A DNA stretch of 64,000 nt from a virus: positions 64,001 through 128,000 of IMG/VR virus record IMGVR_UViG_3300036715_002161; one strand, written 5' to 3'. Positions within the stretch are counted from its first letter, which is position 1, and each line of letters begins with the position of its first letter. Shown in pieces: positions 28,126 through 37,005 of the stretch. A program made the position numbers and the translations under genes. A model generated the notes under the pieces. The model made no database searches, was not told the DNA's origin, and worked only from the letters and a program-made list of their open reading frames with translations.

Positions 28126-29436
28126 ATGTCTACTTCATATTCGTACCCAGAAAGAGTCCAACAGTCTGTAACCAACACCCCTGGAACAGGGTCTTTCATC
28201 CTCGGAGCTCCCGTGGTTGGCTTTACCTCCATGGCCGCAGACTCTACTCTTGAATCAGTTATTATTACTGAAGGTAGTACTTGGGAAGTACGTAAAGATT
28301 GTATCTATACTCAAAATAATCTAACCCTGACTCGTGGTACTTTGGTAGCTTCTAGTAGCGGTGGCACCATTACTTTTTCTGGTGCTTGTATTGTAGCAGT
28401 TGGTCTCAGTGGAAGCTCGGAGGGCCTTAAGCAGACCCGGATCAATTCTCTGGAAGGGAAAGTTTCTCAATTTTATACCAACAAAAGTAACTTTCCATCT
28501 CCGACTGGGGTGGTCGATGTTTTATATGTAGACAAATCTACTAATATAATCTGGGTTTGGAACGGCTCTGCCTATGCTTCTACCCCTATGGCAGTAGACG
28601 TCAATAATAACTTTATTGCCCAGATTGCCCCCAGAACTGGGACTATATCTAACTTGATGGGCATATTCAATGCAGCCTCTGGTGAGATTGCACGGACTAC
28701 TGACTTTACTGCCAAGGTTTTATATCCAACTACAGTCGGTGGTACACCGGTACTTGAGCCTGCCAACAAATTTATTGGCTATTTGTGGGTGCCGCTCAGT
28801 GGGAATACCGGAATTACCAATAACGGCGCAATTTCACTAAATACTACCGGTGCAATCATAGATCCTAATATTGCCTCTCTTGTCACTGTCAATACTAGTA
28901 ATATAGATTTATCAGCTCTAAATACCCTGTTCACAGGGTATCTCTCACATGTTAATATTTCCGGCAGAATACACTATTCAAGTCAGACCGACTCAGAGGG
29001 CTTTAATAGGGGTGTAAAGGTCCTTATAGGGGGAGCAGCCAATTCTCTTTTCACTAATGCAACACTTACTGTTGAGGCAAGACAAGGCGCATCTTTTAAT
29101 GGTACTATTTCTGGGAATACCTTGACAGTAACCGGTGTGTTTTATGGTAATATTATTATTGGCTCTGTTATTGCTGGGACTGGGGTTACTGCTGGTAGTA
29201 AAATCACAGCCTATGGCGCAACTCCTGGGCAGTATACTCTATCGGCAGCAAGCACAGTATCCACTGCAACCAAAATGACCATAGACAGTAGGGACACTAT
29301 AATCAATATTAATGAGAATTTAGATATGACTGCTCCTACTAACTTTTTAGGCTTTTCTGCAAACCATAATGCCGTTACCCTAATGCCCAACATATCAACT
29401 GCCGGGTACATTACCATCTCAATCTACTCGATATAA
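28126..29436 (+). CDS. accessory fibre / virion protein
   Basis: N-terminal ERVQQS..TPGTGSF.LG...WEV...TLTRG anchor; FPSPTG...LYVDKSTN..WVWNG module. Confidence 0.6.
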   Translation: MSTSYSYPERVQQSVTNTPGTGSFILGAPVVGFTSMAADSTLESVIITEGSTWEVRKDCIYTQNNLTLTRGTLVASSSGGTITFSGACIVAVGLSGSSEGLKQTRINSLEGKVSQFYTNKSNFPSPTGVVDVLYVDKSTNIIWVWNGSAYASTPMAVDVNNNFIAQIAPRTGTISNLMGIFNAASGEIARTTDFTAKVLYPTTVGGTPVLEPANKFIGYLWVPLSGNTGITNNGAISLNTTGAIIDPNIASLVTVNTSNIDLSALNTLFTGYLSHVNISGRIHYSSQTDSEGFNRGVKVLIGGAANSLFTNATLTVEARQGASFNGTISGNTLTVTGVFYGNIIIGSVIAGTGVTAGSKITAYGATPGQYTLSAASTVSTATKMTIDSRDTIININENLDMTAPTNFLGFSANHNAVTLMPNISTAGYITISIYSI

Positions 29437-29439
29437 TGA

Positions 29440-30756
29440 ATGAATATTCTATTCTCTCCCGGGGCTCCTTTAATAAGGGGTTTTAATCCACAAGATGATT
29501 TTACTTACACCGTCACGCAAAACCCTGGTGCTGCCGTAACCACCACCACTAGTGGACAATTATATGATGCTAATGTAACTCATTACTATAACTCAGGTAT
29601 TCCAAATAACTTTGACATCTCCATACAGCAGTCTCTTACTAACCCGATCAAGTCTATGTCGATTACCCCTGTTCCACCGACTTTGGCAACCATAGACTTG
29701 CAAGGTCATGTTACCTATAGTGGCCAGGAAACGGCTGTTTTTGAAATACAATCAGGAGGTATAACCCGCCGTTACTTTCAATGGATGCAGTCTATCGGAT
29801 TCGTAGATAACTATTACACTACCAGCTACTTGCCAAACTCCCTTGGTGAACATATAAGTTCGTCAACGGATGCTCTCCTGATTGGAAAAGTGGCGCAAGG
29901 ACAAACTAGCGGCTTGGCTTGGAATCTGAGTTACCCACAATCAGGTGGTAGTCAGAACCGACTGCTAAATTGTAACTATGATGTAAATGCTATAGCGGCT
30001 GATATTAACCCTAACTTTTTTGGTAAGGATATTTTAAATATCTCAGCAGTAGGCATTGTCAATACTCATGGTAGTACCGTCTTCAACGAACATCCGGGAC
30101 TGTTGATTACACCAAGGCATATCTTTGGTGCCAACCACTACCAAACTGGAAATGGTGTAATCGGCTCTAAAATAGTATTTATGGCTAACGATGGTAGTTT
30201 CCAAGTCAGAACCCTGATTGATAAATGGTCAGATTCAGGTAGAGATCATTGGCTCGGATACTTAGACGCCCCAGTAACAGGTATACCTGTTTTGAAAATC
30301 ATGCCAACTGGTTGGAGAACATACTTTAAAAGCCTCGATACCTCATTAGGTCCATATAAGGGTATAGTTGCTGTAATAAGTAAAACCACGCATCTAGCCA
30401 ATGGTACTGGTAACAGTGACCGTTGGGCAGTCAATGACTATCAGCAGTATATAATAAATTTTAGTGGTAGCGTCTGGGATTTTACTTCATGTGATACATC
30501 AACCTCTAGTCCAAGAAGTACATGGAATAGTCTCATCTCCGGTGGGGATAGTGGTGGAGGAGTGTTCCTCCTCGTACAAAATTCACTGGTATTGATTAGT
30601 GCCTATGTATTTCCTGGAGGAGGTTACTCTATAGAACAAAATTCATCTAGACTTGAATCCCAGATGCTCCTGCTCAGTACTAATAATGGTGGTAGTACTG
30701 CCGCTGTTGACAATACGTTTACCCGAGCCGATCTAAGTTCATTTACGACGTATTAG
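29440..30756 (+). CDS. virion-associated trypsin-like serine protease domain protein
   Basis: LITPRHIFGANHY (His), DHWLGYL (Asp), GGDSGGGVF (Ser). Confidence 0.7.
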   Translation: MNILFSPGAPLIRGFNPQDDFTYTVTQNPGAAVTTTTSGQLYDANVTHYYNSGIPNNFDISIQQSLTNPIKSMSITPVPPTLATIDLQGHVTYSGQETAVFEIQSGGITRRYFQWMQSIGFVDNYYTTSYLPNSLGEHISSSTDALLIGKVAQGQTSGLAWNLSYPQSGGSQNRLLNCNYDVNAIAADINPNFFGKDILNISAVGIVNTHGSTVFNEHPGLLITPRHIFGANHYQTGNGVIGSKIVFMANDGSFQVRTLIDKWSDSGRDHWLGYLDAPVTGIPVLKIMPTGWRTYFKSLDTSLGPYKGIVAVISKTTHLANGTGNSDRWAVNDYQQYIINFSGSVWDFTSCDTSTSSPRSTWNSLISGGDSGGGVFLLVQNSLVLISAYVFPGGGYSIEQNSSRLESQMLLLSTNNGGSTAAVDNTFTRADLSSFTTY

Positions 30757-30761
30757 ACCAG

Positions 30762-30953
30762 GTGGAAAAGTGTAAGGTATGCCTTGTATGTTCAATCCTG
30801 ATTTCCGAATGTGAAGACACCGGAGATGCTTCAGCCAGAGTTAAGGAAGTTTTATCACGAATCTACTCAAACCACAAAGAAGAAATAGATGTCTTAATGG
30901 CTGAAAAAAATCTCTCTGAAGTAGAATTCAAGTCTACCACGACCTACTCTTAG
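30762..30953 (+). CDS. hypothetical protein
   Basis: 63-aa ORF at the end of the late block. Confidence 0.4.
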   Translation: MEKCKVCLVCSILISECEDTGDASARVKEVLSRIYSNHKEEIDVLMAEKNLSEVEFKSTTTYS

Positions 30954-30955
30954 CT

Positions 30956-30986
30956 AAAAAAAACGCCCAAACCACGGGCATTTTTT
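30956..30986. terminator. bidirectional terminator between convergent blocks
   Basis: A-run, GCCC-N7-GGGC stem, T-run. Confidence 0.55.
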
Positions 30987-31724
30987 CTAGATTTCTACTA
31001 CCAATTCCTGGATATATTCAGGGTTTAGCCTTATAGGTTCATATCCATAAGGGTTACAGATAACTCTGGTTTCTCCGATTTTATAGTCAAAGGAGTCATG
31101 AGTATGCCCGTGAATCCAGACCTCCGGTTGGTACTCCATAATCAATCTATCCAGGCTATTACTAAAGCAGTCATTTAAAAGGTCTCCTTTAAATCTGGCC
31201 GGAATGGATTGAAGACTAGGAGTATGATGGGTCACCACTACAGTTTTAACCTTAGTATCCAAGGCATCTTTCAAGAACTCGACAGTATTACTGTTCTCTA
31301 GTACTGTGTCTTCTACCCTAAGTCCTTTAATAACCCTATAATCTGAGAAGTATTTCTGGACTTCCCACTTTCTAGGCTCTTCTATATTAGTCCAAAGAGT
31401 GTCTCCGATAAATCTAATCCCTTCGAAGAAAAACTCATCTCCAGCCTGTAGGATCACACAGTTGGATAGGTCAGAGTATCTTTTTTTAAAGGCTTCCTTG
31501 GAGTATTGACTTCCGTAAAACTCGTGATTACCCGACACCATGACAAAAGTCTTGTCTGGATTCTCAATAAAGATTTCTCTGAGGCGATCTATAGACTCAT
31601 GGCTGGAGGAGGTCATATCCCCGGCCATGACAACCAAGTCTGCCTCTTTGCTAATAGTAATCCCTAGACTATCAATAGGTCTAAGAAATTCAAGATGGAC
31701 ATCTGACATTACTTGAAACTTCAT
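30987..31724 (-). CDS. metallophosphoesterase
   Basis: SDVHLE, AGD, GNHE, VTHH, HGHTH motifs. Confidence 0.9.
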   Translation of the reverse strand: MKFQVMSDVHLEFLRPIDSLGITISKEADLVVMAGDMTSSSHESIDRLREIFIENPDKTFVMVSGNHEFYGSQYSKEAFKKRYSDLSNCVILQAGDEFFFEGIRFIGDTLWTNIEEPRKWEVQKYFSDYRVIKGLRVEDTVLENSNTVEFLKDALDTKVKTVVVTHHTPSLQSIPARFKGDLLNDCFSNSLDRLIMEYQPEVWIHGHTHDSFDYKIGETRVICNPYGYEPIRLNPEYIQELVVEI

Positions 31725-31995
31725 TTTTTTCTCCTGCTAAAAATTCGCCCAAAAGAGCTGAATAGGCTGCTGCATCAACATAGTCATCAGCCCTAAAAGA
31801 ACCTTGACGACCACGTACTAGTTTTAATAATATCATAAACTCCCAGCCTTCGGCCTCTGTAAGTAAATGGCCAGTAAGGGAATTGAATACCTCGACTATG
31901 GTCTTCATACTACGTTCACCTTCTGGTTTATCTCGTTGACTACCTCGGTCTTTCATTTCAGAGGCAGCCTTCTCTAGGAAGTTAATTGCTTTCAT
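31690..31995 (-). CDS. DUF6378-like phage protein
   Basis: DRG..D...ERSM..IV..FN...FMILLK..R...DDYVDAAAY. Confidence 0.6.
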   Translation of the reverse strand: MKAINFLEKAASEMKDRGSQRDKPEGERSMKTIVEVFNSLTGHLLTEAEGWEFMILLKLVRGRQGSFRADDYVDAAAYSALLGEFLAGEKNEVSSNVRCPS

Positions 31996-32081
31996 ATTGT
32001 TTAGATTTGAATATAGGCCTATGGTTGAATTTAAAAAGGGAAGTAGGTACCCTAGGTTAGGTCTTGGTATTTAAACCTCTC

Positions 32082-32426
32082 CTAGTGAAGAATCGTCCGT
32101 GTTAGGATATTCGGTTCAGTCTCCAGGTACTTAATATAGGGTAGATTATCTGTGGCCTCCAAGATTCTTATAGTAGTTTCTTTATCATAGGCCTCATTAC
32201 CACAGTCAGAGCAAACATATGCATTAACCATTAATGATCTAGGCTCTTGGTCTAAGGGTGTTTCTAAAAAGACCTCGTGGTCTTTAACTAACTCTACTGT
32301 TCCTTCTCCACCACAATCATTACAATCAGAACTATCTATATCTTGTAGTCCAAATTCTTCCTGTGTATTAGACAAGGCTCGACGAATTGCTTCTTTTTCT
32401 ACTTCATTAGTAACTTCGGTCTTCAT
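32082..32426 (-). CDS. YgiT/MqsA-type zinc finger protein
   Basis: CNDCGG...AYVCSDCGNEAYD; no C-terminal HTH. Confidence 0.6.
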   Translation of the reverse strand: MKTEVTNEVEKEAIRRALSNTQEEFGLQDIDSSDCNDCGGEGTVELVKDHEVFLETPLDQEPRSLMVNAYVCSDCGNEAYDKETTIRILEATDNLPYIKYLETEPNILTRTILH

Positions 32427-32492
32427 GATGATCTCCCATAGATTCTTAATATTTTAGGTTTGTCAAAGCCCTTTTCCAAACTTTTCGTTTGA

Positions 32493-32505
32493 AATCAAGT
32501 ACTTA
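32493..32505 (+). promoter_or_regulatory. IHF binding site
   Basis: AATCAAGTACTTA is a perfect WATCAANNNNTTR match. Confidence 0.65.
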
Positions 32506-32773
32506 CCTTCCCAACTGACAAACTGACAAACTTTCTTGAAAAAAATGCCCCCACCTCTCTATAAAAAGCTCTATTAGAACGAAAGTACGACAACCTCTAT
32601 ATATATATATAATATAATATAATATAATATATATATATAGAACAAGGGGTTAGCTCTTTTTTGTAGAGACCCAGGCTTTTCCTTTTATAAAGGTTGGCAA
32701 ATAATTTTATGCTGTAGACAGAAAAGATGTGCCATTTTCACGAAAAGTTTTGTCAGTTTGTCAATAATGGGGT

Positions 32774-32786
32774 TAAGTGCTTGATT
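32774..32786 (-). promoter_or_regulatory. IHF binding site
   Basis: Reverse complement AATCAAGCACTTA is a perfect WATCAANNNNTTR match. Confidence 0.65.
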
Positions 32787-32971
32787 TTAAAAAGAAATCC
32801 AACTGACAAAACTATTTTCCCATTTGTCAATAACTGACAAAGTATAGATAACTCTTTGTTTTAATTAACTTTTTTAATTTGTCCATTTTGTCAATAAAAT
32901 CCAAAAATTGACAAACTGACAAAATGCCTCTGACAGACTTTTGGAGTTTTGTCAGTAATTTGTCATAGACT

Positions 32972-33000
32972 AAAAAAAACCAGAGATGCTTTTCTGGTTT
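32972..33000 (-). terminator. intrinsic terminator
   Basis: AAACCAGA-loop-TCTGGTTT followed by further T residues on the minus strand. Confidence 0.65.
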
Positions 33001-33520
33001 CCTTATTCCTTTACTCATCCAATTTATTGAACCCGTTTATGCATATATCTCTATACTCCAGTACCAGGTACCAGCTCCTGGTTACCGGATCTGGGGGCTC
33101 GCCCCGTCAGGATTCTGAAAATATAAGAATAGGTGTTACACCTATTAACTACTTGTTTACAAATTACTAAAGGAAAAACAGATATACTTAAAAAATTTTA
33201 CCTATCGCATGGGGGTGCCAGTAGATAGGAAGAGCTCAATATGCCGTTACAACATACATCTTACCTGTACTAGATACTATATCTATATTCAATTTACAAA
33301 ATAAGTAAAGACTTTAAAGACCTTCTTTACTTACTTTGCTGAGATGAACTCAAATTTCTCATATCTCGATATGAGCGTTGGACCGTAGCGGATATATTAA
33401 AAAACGTAGCCAGAGGCGTAGTGTTTAATATGGAGCGGTGGGTCCAGAGCTCATATCGAGAAAGTTAAACGAGGACGTTAAGCATCCTCTAACCACTCAT
33501 CATGGTAGTACTTCATCCCA
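32972..33520 (-). ncRNA. candidate ~550-nt structured non-coding RNA
   Basis: Bounded by a class-A promoter and a terminator; no credible ORF; at least seven hairpins, including a ~100-nt rod at 33364-33461. Confidence 0.55.
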
Positions 33521-33525
33521 AAGTC

Positions 33526-33554
33526 CTTATACCAGGTTTTTAGAAATTATCTAA
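33526..33554 (-). promoter_or_regulatory. class-A promoter
   Basis: TTAGAT-17-TATAAG with TGG. Confidence 0.75.
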
Positions 33555-33896
33555 ACAGTTCCCGATTTTTTTAAGTACGTTACTTGGGACCCTTTCTTCA
33601 AACATTGGAAATCCGTATGCCTCATTATTAGAATTCCATAAGGCGGTTTCGATATTGAGCATGGTACTAGTTTCATGGTTATAATTGATCAAATGAAACA
33701 CCTGCCCAGAGTCCATCTTTTCTGTGGCAACTTCTCTTCCATTTTTAAAACAGAAAAGTTCGTCGTCTCTACAGAGGGCTATGGCCACTTCGGCCCTGTT
33801 AGCCTCTGGTTGAAGCTTAACTTTAAACGTTACTCCACCCTTAGGCTCCCAACTACTTGTCCTAAGATGTCGATAAAAAATCATTTCTTTGTTCAT
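33540..33896 (-). CDS. hypothetical phage protein
   Basis: 118 aa; GGVT...ALC..DE.F....GR..A pattern. Confidence 0.6.
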   Translation of the reverse strand: MNKEMIFYRHLRTSSWEPKGGVTFKVKLQPEANRAEVAIALCRDDELFCFKNGREVATEKMDSGQVFHLINYNHETSTMLNIETALWNSNNEAYGFPMFEERVPSNVLKKIGNCLDNF

Positions 33897-34365
33897 TTAA
33901 GTATCCTAAAAATGCTAAACATATAGCATCGGCTTCATGATCTGATTTAAGTTTTTTTCCATAAATCAATTCAGCAGCGGCCAATGAAAACTCTTTGTTG
34001 AAGGAATTGCCTGGATTAGTAAAACCATGATCTCTAACCAGTATTTTGCACAGGGTTGATTTCCAATCTATGGCCCTTACCATTTGTACTGGTATTTCTT
34101 TAGACTCAAAGTAGAATACCAAGGCCCCTATCATCATAAGTATATACTCAGATGCTCCTGAATTTACCCCACTATATCCTACATATCTCTCCATTACAAC
34201 CGAAGAAATTGAGTAGTCTTGGAGCAGGGTTTCCAGGCCGGAAATAAAACCAGTAATACCTTGGTCCCTTGGTTTGCCACTATACCTAAGGACAACCTCT
34301 CCCTCTGGACTGATTATTCCTAGTCCAAAAGAAGCCCAACCTGGATCAATACCAAGGGCGAACAT
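33862..34365 (-). CDS. ruvC: RuvC-like Holliday junction resolvase
   Basis: LGIDPG, VVMER, DHEADA catalytic motifs. Confidence 0.8.
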   Translation of the reverse strand: MFALGIDPGWASFGLGIISPEGEVVLRYSGKPRDQGITGFISGLETLLQDYSISSVVMERYVGYSGVNSGASEYILMMIGALVFYFESKEIPVQMVRAIDWKSTLCKILVRDHGFTNPGNSFNKEFSLAAAELIYGKKLKSDHEADAICLAFLGYLNEQRNDFLSTS

Positions 34366-35356
34366 ACATTATCTCATCAAACTCCCCAAGACTTGGTTGC
34401 TGAGTTTTGAAGTACTGACTTCTGGCCACTTCAAAACTAATTGGTTTTTCAGGCCTTTTCAATAGATTGGCAGCAATATTTTCAAGACTATTTTGAAAGA
34501 CAACGGCCACAGTACGAAGCCCTGCCTCATTAGCCACTGTCAAAAACTCCTTGCGGGACTTGATTGAAACATGGCAGTTGTCTACAAATCGGACCGGGTC
34601 TTCCTGCTTGACAAACTTATTAAACTCCTTTAATACTTTACCACTAAAGCCAGAGTCTTCTGTGGAATGTTTCCAGGCTTCTTGGTAATTTCCAGGATAC
34701 CAGTCCAGTCTAAGGGTGTCCATACTAAAGATGGGCCCATCCCTTTGACCCAACCAGGTACTCTTGCCGGACCCCGAACATCCAATCATGAATAAAATTT
34801 CATTTAATTTTATATCTGGTTCTGGCAAGGTCACAGGATTTTTAAGCCAAAACTCTGCCAAAAAAATCTTTTCCTTATGATTATCTGAGATTCTTCCTCG
34901 GCAGTCAGCCATAATTACCTTGGAGTATAAATCCCAGTCAATAGTGGCCTGTGCCCACTCAGGCTTGACCTTATAGTATAGGTGATTTTCAATCAGCCAT
35001 ATGACTTTACCCAGGTCAAACCCGAAAGGAATATTATCCCTATTGGTAATCAGCCAGTCTTCGGCCAATCGGGCAGAAATAAGCTCATGGCCATAAAATA
35101 CAGACCTACCTTCTTTATCTCTCTTGGCTTCCGGTTTGCCAGCATCATGGAAGGCCACGGCCAAAAAGCCTGAGGCCAGGTCAGTATTAGAAAGATCGAT
35201 GTCGGACCTAAGGTATTCCTGTACTACCATGTCAGTATGAACTAGCACTGACTCCTCCCTATGCCATTCAGAGTCTTCCCGACACAGACCCATTATACGA
35301 AACAATGGATCCGGCCTCAGAACTTCTTGATAGAAGTTCAGTAGGGTTTCTTTCAT
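34346..35356 (-). CDS. HD-domain / polynucleotide kinase (AAA_33) fusion
   Basis: WHREE.V..HT, FHDAGK, GHE; P-loop GCSGSGKST. Confidence 0.8.
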   Translation of the reverse strand: MKETLLNFYQEVLRPDPLFRIMGLCREDSEWHREESVLVHTDMVVQEYLRSDIDLSNTDLASGFLAVAFHDAGKPEAKRDKEGRSVFYGHELISARLAEDWLITNRDNIPFGFDLGKVIWLIENHLYYKVKPEWAQATIDWDLYSKVIMADCRGRISDNHKEKIFLAEFWLKNPVTLPEPDIKLNEILFMIGCSGSGKSTWLGQRDGPIFSMDTLRLDWYPGNYQEAWKHSTEDSGFSGKVLKEFNKFVKQEDPVRFVDNCHVSIKSRKEFLTVANEAGLRTVAVVFQNSLENIAANLLKRPEKPISFEVARSQYFKTQQPSLGEFDEIMYVRPWY

Positions 35357-37005
35357 AGGTTGTTTACCCTTTCTCTAATTTCAGTAATAGTTTGAAACTT
35401 GGTGATTTCACCATCCTTAAAGACAGTTTCTAGACAACCAGTTTTTTCCTGTTCTGGAGTTTGTTGATCGTATAGGACATATTTTCCATTTTCCTTTTCA
35501 ACTCTTAAAAGACCTTTGGCTGATTTCTTGGTGCCTGAATCAGTGGCTGGATCTTTTACAAGTTCTACGGATTGACCTTGGATAACTCCATGGGTTGCTT
35601 TCATTGCAAATCCCAGAGAGTCTCTGGTTACATAGTTATAGGTGTATGACCCAATACCAAAAACCACGTTATCACTACAAAACCCTTTTTCCTCCAAACG
35701 CCTAAAGATTTCCTCGGCCCGTGCCAATGTAATTGAATCACCATAGATCAAACCAATATGGCTATCCAACATCTTATACCCAGTGTCAGTTACAACTCCT
35801 CCGAAGATTTCCCAAAGACATTCTACAGCTCCTTTTAGCTCTGGGGTAAGAGTGGTTATTTCTAAGTTAACAGGATTAATATCATCATAGAGATTAACCC
35901 TATATAAGTTACCTTTCCAATGGAAATAAGTAAGGCCATCGGACCACATTGGGTTTACACCTGTTTCTAATTGAATCTTATCTAAATATCTCAAGGCCTC
36001 ATTCATGGTATTCCCGACCGCATCAATTATTTTTACCCCACAGATAATTTCTACGGGATCGCCAGAGTCAGGTCTTAAGACGGTTTTAGACTGGCCAATA
36101 CCATTTGCGGGTCTGGCCAAAATCTCCTCCTTAAGCTCAGGGAGATACTCGGTAATAACCTTCCAAAAATCCCAGGTGTCAGAAACGATAGATACAATGC
36201 CTGTAGGATAGACTTCACTAATGAGTCTACGGAAGGTTTCAATTTCTGTTTCCTTGCTACCCATACACATTACAGAATGTTCCGTCGCAGGGACACTTCC
36301 CCCAAGGAAAGTATCCAAACCGTTGTAGTAGTCTTCTAGGTAGTCTAAGGATGGTACGGTATCAGTTCCTGAGAAACAGGTCAAATGGGCAGCTCCACTC
36401 TTGGCTGCATCCTGCATTGAACTCATACCTCTCATTGAGAAGTCGTGGCATTGCCATCCTTTGAAACCAGGGTGGCCCCCAGTCAGTGCAGAATATTTGT
36501 CAACCAGTTTTTTATAACCAAGGGCTGTGGTGGCCGAGGTAATTGGCTTCCACAATTCTACAGAAAACAAAGTTTCCAGATAGGTAACCAACCAGGCAAA
36601 GTGTGGATCGGTATTGGTCACAGTAAAGACCGGAACTTTAAAGGGAACCATGCTTCCCTCTGGAAGGGCCTTAATTTCCAAAGGTAAGTATCCAAGTTCC
36701 CACAAGGCTTTGATATGATCGGTTCCGACCAGTCCGGGCCCAAGGGCTTTGTCCATTCTAGCCTTATATCGGTCAAGAATGTTTTCAATTGGTTTCCTGA
36801 AGAAATTATCTTTCCACAGGTCAATTAGAGTTGATTGCATGAACCCTTGAAGGCCGAAGAACAATACTCCTTCTACACCCTCTTGTAGAAAGTAGCTACC
36901 ACTCCTGGGAGTGAAGTTGGAATAAATCTTTTCAGTTCCTTTCGGGTACTGGCTGATGTGGCCGGACTTATAGAAGTCGATTTGATGTTCTGGGCGAATA
37001 TTCAT
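35353..37005 (-). CDS. nadV: nicotinamide phosphoribosyltransferase-like protein (Namat candidate)
   Basis: DFYKSGH, HDFSMRG, SVPATEHSV, SIVSDTWD, LRPDSGDP, IYGDSIT, KKSAKG. Confidence 0.9.
   Translation of the reverse strand: MNIRPEHQIDFYKSGHISQYPKGTEKIYSNFTPRSGSYFLQEGVEGVLFFGLQGFMQSTLIDLWKDNFFRKPIENILDRYKARMDKALGPGLVGTDHIKALWELGYLPLEIKALPEGSMVPFKVPVFTVTNTDPHFAWLVTYLETLFSVELWKPITSATTALGYKKLVDKYSALTGGHPGFKGWQCHDFSMRGMSSMQDAAKSGAAHLTCFSGTDTVPSLDYLEDYYNGLDTFLGGSVPATEHSVMCMGSKETEIETFRRLISEVYPTGIVSIVSDTWDFWKVITEYLPELKEEILARPANGIGQSKTVLRPDSGDPVEIICGVKIIDAVGNTMNEALRYLDKIQLETGVNPMWSDGLTYFHWKGNLYRVNLYDDINPVNLEITTLTPELKGAVECLWEIFGGVVTDTGYKMLDSHIGLIYGDSITLARAEEIFRRLEEKGFCSDNVVFGIGSYTYNYVTRDSLGFAMKATHGVIQGQSVELVKDPATDSGTKKSAKGLLRVEKENGKYVLYDQQTPEQEKTGCLETVFKDGEITKFQTITEIRERVNNL

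Larger units (their letters stand above)
32459..32965. repeat. iteron-like TGACAAA array with dyad symmetry; putative replication origin (or packaging site)
   Basis: About a dozen TGACAAA/TTTGTCA copies in both orientations; ~40-bp inverted repeat (32493-32532 vs 32747-32786) flanking a pure A/T tract at 32598-32639. Confidence 0.7.

Noticed and set aside
32459-32965. Possible CRISPR or other repeat-spacer array
   Set aside because: Repeats are only 7-10 bp, irregularly spaced and in both orientations; the Cas4-like nuclease at 52077 sits in a replication context
32827-33170. ORFs 32827..33018 (-) and 32949..33170 (+)
   Set aside because: They run through the iteron array, terminator and hairpins, and have no RBS or protein-like features
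33364-33461. Retron msr/msd or HEARO/omega RNA
   Set aside because: No adjacent RT, IscB or TnpB gene
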